Position numbers and translations under genes: made by a program | NCBI GenBank assembly: GCA_026770705.1 | Contig: JANJGN010000021.1 | Coordinates: 100,936,001-101,000,000, forward strand | Length of the DNA stretch: 64,000 bases | Reading direction: 5' to 3' | From: Isurus oxyrinchus | Lineage: Eukaryota | Notes under the pieces: model-generated | Seen by the model: the letters and a program-made list of their open reading frames with translations, nothing else | What the model was told of the DNA's origin: nothing | The model's database searches: none | In this document: one piece after another, positions 50,452 to 62,892 of the stretch | Layout: each line of letters begins with the position of its first letter | Numbering within the stretch: position 1 is the first letter of the stretch

Positions 50452-52560
50452 TACAGAAACATAGAAACATAGCAAATAGGAGCAGGAGTAGGCTCTTCGG
50501 CTCTTCGAACTTGCTCCGCCATTCATTGTGATCTTGGCTGATCATCCAACTCAATAACCTACTCCCTCTTTCTCCCCATATCTTTTGATCCCTTTCGCCC
50601 CAAGATCGATATCAAACTCCTTCTTGAAAACATGGCCTCAACTACTTTCTGTGATAGCGAATTCCACTGGCTCACCATTCTCTGGGTGAAGGAATTTCTC
50701 CTCATCTCAGTCCTATCCTCAGACTGAGACCCCGGTTCTGGACTCCCCCACCATTGGGAACACCCTTCCTGCATCTACCCTGTCTAGTCCTTTTTAGAAG
50801 TTTATAGGTTTCTATGAGATCCCCCCTCATTCTTCTGAACTCCAGTGAATCCAGTTCTGTCGAAGGGTCATGAGGACTCGAAACGTCAACTCTTTTCTTC
50901 TCCGCCGATGCTGCCAGACCTGCTGAGTTTTTCCAGGTAATTCTGTTTTTGTTCCAGTGAATATAATCCTAAATGACTCAATCTCTCCTCATGTGACAGT
51001 CCCACCATCCCAGGAATCAGTCTGGTATAACTTCGCTGCACTCTCTCGATAGCAAGAACATCCTTCTTCAGATAAGGAGACCAAAACTGCACACAGTATT
51101 CTAGGTGTGGTCTCACTAAGGCCCTGTATAAATGCAACAAGACATCCCTGCTCCTGTACTCGAATCCTCTGGCTATGGATGCTTTCTTTACTGCCGACTG
51201 CACCTGCATGCTTACCTTCAGCAACTGGTGTACGAGGACACCCAGGTCTCGTTGCACGTTTCCCTCTCTCAATTTATAGTCATTCAGATAAGAATCTGTC
51301 TTCCTGTTTTTGCTACCAAAGTGGATAACGTCACGTTTATCCACGTTATACTGCATCTGCCATGTATTTGCCTACTCAGTCAGCTTGTCCAAATCACATT
51401 GAAACATCTCTGCATCCTCCTCACAGCTCACCCACCCACGCAGCTTTGCGTCATCTGCAAATTTGGAGATATTACATTTAGTTCCCTCATCTAAATCATT
51501 AATATATACTGTGAATAGCTGGGGTCCCAGCACCGATCCCTGAGGTACCCCACTAGTTAGTGCCTGCCATTTGGAAAAAGACCTGTTTATTCCTATTCTT
51601 TGTTTCCTGCCTGCCAACTAGTTTTCTATCTATCTCAATACATTACCCCCAATCCCACACGCTTTAATTTTACACGCTAATCTCTTATGTGGGACTTTGT
51701 CGAAAGCCTTCTGAAAGTCCAAATAAACCACATCTACTAGCTCCCCCTCATCAACTCTACTAGTTACATCCTCAAAAAATTCCAGTAGATTTGACAAGCA
51801 TGATTTCCCTTTCATAAATCCATGCTGAATCTGTCCGATTCTGCAATTGTTTTCCAAGTGCTCAGCTATTAAACCTTTTATAATGGGCTCTAGAATTTTG
51901 CCCACTACCAACATCAGGCTGACTGGTCTATAATTCATGCTTTCTCTCTACCTCCTTTTTTAAATAATGGGGTTATATTAGCTACTCTCCAATCTGTAGG
52001 AACTGTTCCAGAGTCTATAGAATCTCGGAAGGTGACCACCAATGCATCCACTATTTCAAGGGTCACCTCTTTAAATACTCTGGGATGTAGATTATCAGGC
52101 CCTGGGGATTTATCGGCCTTCTATCCCATCAATTTCAACAGCATCATTTCTCTACTGATACTTATTTCCTTCAGTGCCTCTCTCTCTCTAAACCCTGTGT
52201 TCACCAACATTGCTGGTATGTTATTTGTGTCCTCCTATGTGCAGACAGAACCAAAATATGTATTTATATATGTAGTTGGTCAGCCATTTCTTTATTCCCC
52301 ATTATAAATTCCCCTGTTTCTGACTGTAAGGGACCTACATTTGTCTTCACCAATCTTTTTTTCCATCACGTACCTATAGAAACCTTTACAATCAGTTTTT
52401 ATGTTCCCCACAAGCTCTAGTACTCCGTTTTCCCCTTCTTAATCAATCCCTTGGTCCTTCTTTGCTTGAATTCTAAAGTGTTCCTAACCCTCAGGTCTGT
52501 TGCTTTTTTCTGGCCAATTTATATGCCGCTTCCTTGGACCTTATACTTGGATCTAAGTTA
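50452..52560 (-). mobile_element. CR1 LINE RT region + 3' tail
   Basis: [53 protein letters not shown]. Confidence 0.93.
50851..50952 (+). mobile_element. 102-bp hammerhead-like element inserted in CR1 with 10-bp TSD
   Basis: TCCAGTGAAT at 50841-50850 and 50953-50962; removing the insert and one TSD copy restores the CR1 sequence. Confidence 0.85.
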
Positions 52561-53693
52561 CTTATTAACACCACTCAACCTCGAACTCATGAACAGCCGG
52601 TTGCCTGCATCAAAAGGAGTGCAAGTAGCTTCTCCCTGTGATTAAATAATGTACTGCGTTCTGAGTGTTTTACTTTTCAAATTGAATCAAAACATGGACT
52701 TAGATAAACAAATCTAATAACTGCAACTGTTCATTCCAGTATGTGACCGAAACATCGCTCCAAAGTTAACCTATTAACATTTAAGCACAAGGGTTTCGTC
52801 AAAACAGCATTTTCTCCTCAAGTATCTTAGATGGGAGAGACTGGCGAGCCTTCACTGTGGAAATTAGACAGTTTAAGTAGTTGGGCTGGTTTAATTCCAT
52901 TCATATACCGGCTTCTGCAAATTCAGTGCATCTCCAAACCCATTAAGTATTTCTGAAATGTCGTCACGGTTCTGATAAGGGGAATCTTGTGCATAGTACG
53001 ACTCTAGATGCAGCAATCAGGTCAACCACCAGATGGTCTCATCTGGTAGTGTTTGCTGAGGAATTAATAATTAAACAGGAGGGTGCGGAGGAACATATTG
53101 AAACATGCTGGAATAATGTCAGCTTCGCCGAGGGGCTCTCTTGTCCACCTGTTGCACCTTGCCATTGGGTGACATTGAGTGTATAGCAGGGGAAAAGGCC
53201 ATTCGGCCCATCTGGCCCATGGTGATGTTTATGTTCCACACGGGCCTCCTCTCACCCATCTTTATCTAACGCTATCCGCACATCCATTTACTATCTCCCT
53301 TTTCTGCTTATCTAACGTCCCCTTAAAAACGGCCACGCTACTCGGTGTGGTGGCGAGTTCCACATTCTCACCACTCTCTGGGTAAAAACGTTTGTTCCGT
53401 CTTCGCTTTCGGGTGTAACACTGACAGTCTTGCATTTGTGACTCTAGCTTTGCTTTCTCCATAAGTGCAAACATGTCCTTCACATTAAGCCTATCAACGC
53501 TTCCATTAACTCAAAGGCCTCAATCGATCATCCCTTTGTCTTATCTTTTCTAAAGAAAAGAGCTTCAGCATGTTCTAATCGTTCATTATACCTATAACCT
53601 CTCAATTATGGTATCATCCTCGTGATTCTTATCGTATATTCTCCAGTGCTGCTATCTACCTATCTATCCATCCACCCATCATTCATCCATCAG

Positions 53694-53831
53694 NNNNNNN
53701 NNNNNNNNNNNNNNNNNNNNNNNNNNNNNNNNNNNNNNNNNNNNNNNNNNNNNNNNNNNNNNNNNNNNNNNNNNNNNNNNNNNNNNNNNNNNNNNNNNNN
53801 NNNNNNNNNNNNNNNNNNNNNNNNNNNNNNN
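53694..53831. other. Assembly gap (N run) within a TCTA/TCCA microsatellite, about 480 bp upstream of the C4 ATG
   Basis: Ns flanked by tatc/catc repeats. Confidence 1.
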
Positions 53832-54310
53832 NTCTATCTATCATTCAAGTGTTGTCTAACAAAGGTTAGATATAAGTTTAATGTGCCTTCCCTGCTTTTC
53901 AATTCTATCCCTCCAGAAATGAATTTGTGTTTTGTTTACTTTTCATGGCGTTGTTATCTTGTGTGGCTACTTTTAATGATCGGTATGCCTCTACCCATGG
54001 ATTGCTTTGCTCCTCTACCCCATTAAGACTGACATTATCTGAGGACTATGCGTCTTCATTATTTTTCTTACTGAAACTTCGGCGCAAGCTTGGCGGACAA
54101 CTCAGCATTAACTACAGAGGAAAATGTGCAATCGTTGTTGCGCACATTCTTCCACTGAAGTATCCAGCAATGTAAATTTGTAACTTTAAAATCAATACTA
54201 TTGCCTAGACATATCTACAAAGCGTGCCAAAGGATTGTTCCACAGTGCAGCTAGACTGTCTCTTGGCTTGTTTCTGCCCGTAGGTAGTGGACCATCTGAT
54301 CTTTCTAACA

Positions 54311-54375
54311 ATGGGGCCGGTGGTCTTCCTCCTGTGGTTCTCTGTGCTGGTACCTGCTGCTGAACAAACGCCATC
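54311..54375 (+). CDS. C4: C4 exon 1 (signal peptide MGPVVFLLWFSVLVPAAEQTP)
   Basis: ATG in acaATGG context; hydrophobic leader; donor TC|gtaagt. Confidence 0.9.
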
Positions 54376-57300
54376 GTAAGTACGCTGTGTGATGTGAATG
54401 GTCTACAGCTGTTCTCTGCGTTCGATGCAAAAAATAGCCTTAATGTGAATTGTTTTCACCCTTACAAACCATTAGGAATGGAGCTGAATGAATTGCACGG
54501 CAATCGGAATGCATGCTCCCAGAACATACATTGATTGTTTCGCTGTGTGAATTATTAGCATCTCAGGCGAGATATTAAACCTGTTTTCGCTCTCAAATGA
54601 ATGTAAAAGGCTCTGCGGCGCACACTTTGAAGACCGAAACCACTCCAGTGTCTCAGCCAGTATTCCTCTCTATTCCAAATCCTAAGGCAATGGGAAAGCA
54701 CTAAAAAGCAGGTCATTTCCCTTTGTGACATATTGTGTGAAAATTGGCTGCCACGTTTCTTGCACCACAACAGTACATGAATCAGTTACTTCATAAGTTA
54801 GCTATATGTGTCAAGACAGCCTGAGGTTGCGATGCTTGTACTACAATTCTTCCTTTATTTTGTTGATGCAGTTGGTGCTAGCTGCAAGAAAATGTGAGCA
54901 CTCCAGTCAGTCTCAAAGGCTCTTCCTTGAGAATCTTGATTTCCCAGATGAACCCATTTGCTCCTCTGCGTGAGTGGTGTGTGTGTATGTGTTAGTGAGT
55001 GAGTGGCGTGTATGAGAGAGAGAGAGTGAGTGGTGTGTGTGTGTGTGTGTGTGTGTGTAAGTGAGTGAGTGGTGTGTGTGTGAGAGAGGGAGAAAGTGAG
55101 TGGTGTGTGTGTGTAAGCGAGTGAGTGGTGTGTGTATGTGAGAGAGAGTAAGTGAGTGAGTGGTGCGTGTGTCTGTGTTAGTATGTCAGTGAATGAGTGG
55201 TGTGTTTATGTGAGAGAGTGAGTGAGTGCTGTGTAAGTGAGAGTATTCATGTGTGTTTGTAAGTGAGTGAGTGGTGTGTGTATGTGAGAGAGATGAGCGA
55301 GTGGTGTGTGTGTGAGAGAGAGAGAGAGAGTGAGTGTGTGTGTGAATGTTTGTGAGTGTGTGTGAGTTCATGAGAGAATGTGTGTGCCTTGTATGAAGGG
55401 GAGTGTCTGAGTTTGTGTGAATGTGTAAATGTGCCTCTGGGTGAGGTCTATGTGTGCCTGTGAGTCTCAGTGTATGTGTGTGTGTGTCTGTACATTTCAG
55501 GTGAGAGCAGGATAGCCTCCAAGTGACTGCCCCAACTGTAAACGCAACCAGCAGGACTGCATCTGTTTTGAGTGGTGGCCTTCAGAAAAGCATGCAAACT
55601 TCGGTGAAATTACACAATGCGGGTATGAAACAAAATCCCAGTCGGTGCTCTTGGTTCTTTAATGTCAAGTTTGCTTTTACCTAGTACGATTTGTAAACTA
55701 GGTATAAAAATTGATGAGATAGATTTTTTGTCAGCATGGTGCCATTGTTTACATTTAAACATAAGAAATAGTTTGAAAAGTTTACAACTGTCAAGTTATA
55801 CTTTACCCCTCAATTTTAGAACTTTTGGAATGTTTAATGCGACTAACGGAGAAGAGGCATTTGGAATTGTTAGTCTGAATATCTGCCGTTTGCTACATAT
55901 AAGAATTATGACCAAGTAGCCTCTCTCTGGTCGATATTTGGCAGAGTGCTTATGATGTGAAAATTCCATCTTGCCTGAACTGTTTTCGGGTCATGAATGG
56001 GCCTTCAAGCAGAACGAGGTGAGCAGAGGGTGTGGACTCATTTCAAACAGAAGTTCCCCGTTTTCAGTCACGCCCTAACGTCTAACACCATAAATGCTAC
56101 AAGAAGGTCTAATCATTGGCCCGAAACGTTAACTCTCCTCCTCTCTCTATGGATGTTGCTTGACCTGCTGTGTGTTTTCAGTATTTATTTAATGAGGGCT
56201 TTCCCTGCTTCTAAACATATTACCTTAGGCTAGCTTGGTGGTTTCCATGGAAACAGTGCACAGAGGCAATCTTAGTGATAGGTAGGAAATGATTAAGAGA
56301 AATAAATCAAATCTAGCGGATTCCAAATCAGAAAGCAATGGGAGAAGGGAATAGAATGAAATATTGAATTAATGTATTGACAATTTGGATTAATTGCAAA
56401 TCACTTTTCATTGAAACTCAGCTTCACACAGGAAAAACACATTTGGAGGCACGGAAACTCAGCCAATACTTGCTAAATATTTATATGTATTTTTCAGCAT
56501 ATTTACACTAAATCACTGATGTTTCTGCTGTTTGTGTCTGCAACGATTGCAACAGGGAAGCTTGTGAGAAAACAGGGTATCACTCATGGCGACTTCCACA
56601 TCTCCGTGTTTAAGTGCCCTTGCGCAGCCGCCATAAATTGCCATCGGTTTGACACAGCAATGGCGGAGGGGGCTGACATTGTCCCACACACTCCCGGCTA
56701 TCTGACCGCCATCGTTTTCCGTGTTCTTTTCAAAGACGACCTCCGTGTGACATTTTGATTAAAACATTCTTTGGCCGTTTCTTTTTTATTTTCCTAGCTA
56801 CTTAATCAGTGCTCCCAACATTATTCACGTTGGGGTGAAGGAGAGCGTCGCTATTCAATTGGACGGAGCAACAAATCCTGTCAACGTCAAAGTTTATTTA
56901 TTCGATGTGACCACGTACACAAAGTATTCACACGACATTAATTTTGAACTAACGGCGGGGAATGGTTACCATCAAATTAAAGAAATAATTGTAAGTACCA
57001 CCGCCGTGACTCATGCCTTATAGTGAAGTGGGAATAAACCTTTAATTATTTTAGTGCAACCTTGGTTGAGGTGCACAGTTTAGCTGCATTGCTAAGGCGG
57101 AGTTTGATATAATGCCAATGCTACTTTGATCTTATATATAAACCAGTACACTGGTGCGAATAAAACTGTGGAAATTAGTTAAGTGTGTTGGAATAGCTTC
57201 TTTCATATATGCATTGAAAACCTTAGCCCAAATGATTCTGGGCTTAGCAAAATGCTGATTTGATTTAAGCACTTGAGAGGTTTACAATGTTCAAGGCGTT

Positions 57301-60300
57301 ATATAGATAAAAGTTGCTTCTATTGGGCAGCACCCTAAACTATGGTCTAACTGATTCAACATAACTGTACTATCCTGAATGGAATAAGAAATAACGTACA
57401 GCCATGACACGTGCAAATTAATTGATGCCGCTTTTGGATCTGCCCCTAAAGATAAAATAACAAATTCTAAAGAATACAGACGCATATTCTGCAGGAGTTG
57501 ATTTCAAATTAATTTCACAATTCAGAGAAATGGTTTTAACATATTAAATCCTTCGTCATTGTTCTAATTTTTGACTGACCAAAACATTACGGTAGTTGCC
57601 CCCAGTTGGAAGCTAGTGTTGATGCTGAATGGCCCTGATTATGCAGAGAAACTGACAGCAATTTGTGGAGTCCACATACGTTAAACACACAAATCCAGAA
57701 GTTGCTGTCACTGATTCTGTGCTTTTCACGATGTTGCGCTCTTGGATTTCCCTATACTGTAATCGAGTAGAAATCAGTGAGCTCACAAAAAACTTGCCTT
57801 TTTATGCTATTGGTCTTATTATATAAAATATTTATAAAATCACACCTAACGTTGTATTAACTTCATAATTACTGCTAAACAGCTTCGCTGGTCCTGAGAA
57901 AAATAATTTTACTTTTGTGGAATGTCAACATTCCTCCATTATGAGTAAAATTTCGCATGTTTTAATGTCTTAATAATATTGTTTTATGACGCTTCAACTC
58001 TCACCTTAATCCCAGGTACATGTTGCAATTATTTATTTAGCTGTCTGGAAAACATAATTTCAATGTGGAAAAATTGAGTTCCTGGTTTACTGTGTATGAG
58101 AATACTTCAATCTGATTCGTTGCTTAGCATGTTTGATGACATCACTGTTGTAGGACGCCTTGAGATCCTCTTGACTTGATACCAGATTGAAGTTGACATT
58201 GGTAAAGAGGAAATCCATTTCAGAGAGATCACAAGATTTGTTGGGGCAGCTTTCTTCAAGGTCAGCAGTGAACACCGTCACTTCACTGCTCACTGCTAAA
58301 TCTGGGCCAATGTAAAGAAACGAAGCAGCGTGGGCTGGAAATTTCATATATAGTAGAAACTGGTCCGTCGATTAGAGTCAATATGCATTCGAGACTGCGA
58401 CATGAAACCTAGCAGATTTCGCCACAGAAAGGCAGAAAACACGTAAATGATTGCCTAACCAATACGTTATTAGTCTCCGAAAATACTTGCAGCCCAGTAT
58501 TTATGGCCTGGTCACACCGGAACTAGGCCATGATTAAAAAAAAACAAAAGAACATAAGAAATTGGAGCAGAGGAAGATCAAGCCTGCTCAGCCATTCAAT
58601 GTAATCATGGTTCATCTTCAGCTTCAACTCCACCTTCCCGCCTGCTCTTCACATCCCTTGATTTCCTGTCTATTTCAGCCTTAAATATATTCAATGATGG
58701 CGCACCCACAACTCTCTGGGATGGAGAATTCCAAAAATCTACAGCTCTTTGAGTAAAGAAATTTCTCCTCGTCTCAGTACTAAACTGTTTTCCCTATGTC
58801 CTGAGATTGTGCCTTTCCCCGACCCCCACACCACCACCTCCCCCCACCCCCTCCCCTCCCCCACCCGTGCTCTCGACTCCCTAGCCAGGGGATCTAACCA
58901 GTACAAAAACAGAATTACCTGGAAAAACTCAGCAGGTCCGGCAGCATCGGCGGAGAAGAAAAGAGTTGGCGTTTCGAGTCCTCATGACGCTTCAACAGAA
59001 CTAGGTGAATCCAAGGAGAGGGATGAAATATAAGCTGGTTTAAGGTGGAGGGGGGGCGGTGCGGGGATGGGGGGAGAGAAGTGGAGGGGTGGGTGTGGTT
59101 GTAGGGACAAGCAAGGGATATTGTAGGGATAGCAACAGATAATTAGTAATATAATCTATTCTATCAAGGCCCTTCATAATCCTCAATGTTTCAATGTGAT
59201 CACCGCTGACTCTTCTAAATTCTAGAGAATATAATTCAATTTGCACAGCCTCTCATCATAATTCTCTGACCCCAGGGACCAATCTAGTGAACCTTCGCTG
59301 CTCTGCCTCCAAAGCAAGTATATCCTTTCTTAAATATGGAGACCAAAGATGCACACAGTACTCCAGGTGTTGCCCCGTCAATGCTCCGTACAATTCTAGC
59401 AAGATTTCTTTATTCTTGAATCCAAAACCCCTTCAATAAAAAGCCATTTCCTTTCTTAAAGACTTCCTGTACCTGTGTGCTAACGTTTTGTGTTTCTTGT
59501 ACGAGTACACCCAAGTCTCTCTCTCTGGACATCAACATGTACAAGTTTCACGCCTTTTAAGATATATTCTGCTTTTTATATTCTTACCAACAAAGTGAAT
59601 AATGTCACACTTGCTGTGGCTCAATTAATGATATAAGCGAACTAACTAGAGCACCGCTGACCTCCACCTTATGAAACCCCACAGGCTCTTCCCAATCATA
59701 TCAAGCAAAGCCGCATTTGGTCACGTAAAGACAAGTACATCTCTCTAGCTGCTGAATGCCCACAACTGTTTCCAGAAAGGAAATTGGTCCCGATCCTGCT
59801 CTCGTCAAGAAAGGGCTATATATTTATTCAGACGGACAAGCCAATATACACCCCGAATGAAATTGGTGAGTACTGACGTGCAATATTGCACAGATTTCAG
59901 CACAAGAACAATGTGTGCATGCTGAATGGGTTAGCACACGCTATATTCTGTCTGCCCAAATGCGAAAGTTTTGCCACGATTGGACACGAGAAAGGACTTT
60001 GGTAAAAATGTGTCTTCGGTGGTAATGCTAGATGGCCACTATGGTAGCAGCCATCATTTGCGCACCCGCCCGAGACTGACATCACCCTTGCCTTCAATAG
60101 TTCGCGTGATAAAATGTCAATAATCATCAGATGGGTACGGTTTTGCCACGAATGCCTGCTTGGTTATTGGTTATTGATTGCAACTAAACATCCACATGTA
60201 TTTTAGTGAATTTGTTACAGCTAAGCCTTTCCTCGCAACAGATACATTCATATGACTGGACTTAAGATGAACTGAAACAGGGTCAGGGCCATCTTTTGGG

Positions 60301-62892
60301 AAAATTGGAGTGCAAGAATAATTGGGCGAATTGCAAAAATGAGGTTCCAACTCGTTTACACGAAATCACAGTCAAAATGCAACCCATTGACACCAAGGCT
60401 AAGTAAAATCTATTGAGGTACACACTACTCATGTCAATTCTCTTATGCGTTACTGAAGTAAAATATTCACATACAACCACGGCCACCTACCACACACAAC
60501 GAGACCGAGATTCAACCTGAGGCGCCGAGTAAAATTAACAATAAGGAAACTGCACCCCGTGATGTACATCACCCAATTTAAAGACAGTGGAAAGGAGAAT
60601 CCGGCTCAGCGTAAAATGGACTACACACTCATTATGGCTCTCCTGCCCCAGACGAATTTACAACCGATTTTAAAGCAACATATTCAATATCTGAAATAAA
60701 AACAGAAAATGCGGGAAATACTCAGCAGGCTCACCACTACCTTCAAGGGATGGGCAACAAATGCTGGCCTTGCTAGTGATGCTCGGACGAAAACAAAATG
60801 ATCTGGCAGCAACTGTGGAGAGAGAAAAACAAAGTTAAGGTTCCAGGCCTGCACACTTTCAAAGGAAACTGGTGCTGCCGGTCCTAAGATTTTTTCAACG
60901 TTATTTTTTTTTTTGCAACCCATTTGGTCTTCAATCGATAGGTCAATTGGACAAGGGCGGGGCCGCAAAATGGACGGTGTGGCCTTGGTGACCATTTGTA
61001 TGCCACGCCCAATATTCAGTTCTATTGGTTTCGATGGAATGGAACATGAAGTGTGTGGTGTAACGGGCACCAAACGCGAACCCGCTTGTTTACCGTTTCC
61101 TCCCGCGTCCAATTTTAAACTCATCGAGGTACAAAATTGTCTTGGGCGCTAAAGTCTCATCGTTTAGTCCTGCTTGCGGCTCAGCCCCATTCAAGTCAAT
61201 GAGATTGAATGTCCGATGAGGTTATAATTGGTGACAGATTGAATGCCGCCATTTCATTTTACTGTCCGAGACCTTTTTCTTCCCTATAGATTCCCTGCTG
61301 GCTTTGTGGAGTGTCAAGGTATCCTGCAGCCAGGCAAATAAAAAACTCACGGTGACTGAAAAAGCTACATGACATTTATTTAAGCCATGTTTCTTGCTCA
61401 TTTAACCAATACCATGGCTCATGATGTGTCCATTTAACCAATACCATGGCTCACGATGTGTCCATTTATTTTCTATTACTGTGTAGTGCGCTACAGGATC
61501 TTTACTCTGGATCATTACATGAGACCAGTGAGCGACAATGTTAAAATAACCATATACGTGAGTACCTTGGGAATTATATGTCACCTGCAATGCGTCACTA
61601 AATGCATCTCTCCACCAATTTCGTTTCCACAACATGGCGCAAGTACATGGCTTCAATTTCCAATGATGTACGAAAGAAGTCAAAATCCGCCATGATTAAA
61701 ATTTCGAATCAGGCCTCGGCAACTGATTATTCTCCAAAATTACAGCCAATTATTGAGAATTCTTCAGTAATTCTTCTATAACTACTTGTAATCAAATATA
61801 ATAGAGTTGCCAAATACGATCAATGCAGATGAGTGGAGCTCGGTTAATTCAAAAATTGAATGCATTCAATTCTCTTACCAGAATTCAGCAAACGTTCAGT
61901 CTCCTAGTTTGTTCATGCGGTCTGGAAAAGTGTTCACTCGGCAGTTAAGGATTCCGGATATCGCAAAGTAAGCCATGAAATTATTTTGGGAATGAGCCTT
62001 TTCCTCGGCGTATGCATTTTCAGAAAGCCTTTTCTTTTTTTTAAAGAAACCGATAAGTTACTTCAGTTCCGGTGTTTATTCTCCCGAGAGGTCATCGTTC
62101 AGCCAATGAGCTCAGAAAGAGTGTGTGATCTCAATGCAAGAGGAGGATCATGTCTCCAAACACAGCATTTACCAGCTGATCAAATTATTATCACCAGTTA
62201 GATGTTCCCATTATGATATTACTGAGACTACAAATCAAAATCTTTACAAGTGAAGCAATGTGCTCATTGGAATATAAGGGAAGATTTAGAGGGCTCTGGG
62301 GAAACTAATTGGACAGTGCCCTGGGCGAACTGGCACTTGCGCGATAGACTTGTTGGGAGTTGGACTCCATACTAAACCCCAGAGTAAGAAAACTCCTGTT
62401 CGGGGAATGACCTTATTAGCAATTAGGATAATCACTAATTTAAAATATAAACCAGCAAGTTTTATTGAACAACAAAGATTATGGGTGATTATTACCTGAG
62501 CTTCCTAGAACATTGAGCTGAATATTGAGAGAATAGTGTCTGACCTATAGCTTTCAAAACAGATAGTTCATGCAGATGGAGTGCCTGAATGCCAAGAGCA
62601 GAGAACTAACCACAGGAAATATAACTTGCACCAATTTTAGGAAGAATTAGATATCAGGAAGAGTGTTTAACTGGTGCCCGATGCAACACGTTGATTTATT
62701 GTGACCAGCTAAGCCGAATTTCTGCACTCGTCCATCATCCAGATATAACTGTTATAAGATAAAGTCGGGAAAAGCACTGAAGATTTTTCTGTTTACCTTT
62801 CCTAAACAGGCCCGGAATTTGGAGAATTGAGGCGCAGTTTAGCGATTCGCCAATGTCCATGGTATCCGTGCAATTTGAGGTCAAGGAATTCG
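54311..62892 (+). CDS. C4: Complement C4 (thioester protein, beta-chain MG1-MG2 region), exons 1-6; 3' part beyond the window
   Basis: Exons 54311-54375, 56798-56990, 59685-59865, 61487-61557, 61882-61967 and 62810-62892, all GT-AG and phase-consistent. Motifs YLISAPNIIHVGV, LLSSRKGYIFIQTDKPIYTP, VRYRIFTLD..MRP, IPDI, PGIWRIEAQFSD..QFEVKEF. These identify the C3/C4/C5 family; C4 is favoured by HVGV..SVAIQL and SSRKG and by linkage to NCR3. Confidence 0.88.
54968..55490. repeat. Compound (GT)n/(GA)n/GAGT low-complexity repeat in C4 intron 1
   Basis: Directly visible. Confidence 0.95.
56798..56990 (+). CDS. C4: C4 exon 2
   Basis: Acceptor tttattttcctag; YLISAPNIIHVGVKESVAIQL...HQIKEII; donor gtaagt. 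Confidence 0.92.
58550..59612 (-). mobile_element. CR1 3' fragment in C4 intron 2, interrupted by a hammerhead-like element (about 58900-59120, minus)
   Basis: LYSLEFRRVSGDHIET; the insert is close to the reverse complement of 50853-50952. Confidence 0.8.
59685..59865 (+). CDS. C4: C4 exon 3
   Basis: Acceptor ccccacag; ALPNHIKQ...LLSSRKGYIFIQTDKPIYTPNEI; donor G|gtgagt. Confidence 0.92.
61487..61557 (+). CDS. C4: C4 exon 4
   Basis: VRYRIFTLDHYMRPVSDNVKITIY; donor gtgagt. Confidence 0.92.
61882..61967 (+). CDS. C4: C4 exon 5
   Basis: NSANVQSPSLFMRSGKVFTRQLRIPDIA; acceptor tctcttaccag; donor gtaagc. Confidence 0.88.
62810..62892 (+). CDS. C4: C4 exon 6
   Basis: PGIWRIEAQFSDSPMSMVSVQFEVKEF; acceptor tttcctaaacag; donor G|gtaata. 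Confidence 0.92.

Noticed and set aside
54311-56990. C5 or C3 identity (EQTPSYLISAP resembles the C5 N-terminus)
   Set aside because: Downstream motifs (HVGV..SVAIQL, SSRKG, LD..MRP, A.FSD) and NCR3 linkage fit C4 better. The thioester and alpha-gamma sites are outside the window, so this is not fully excluded.
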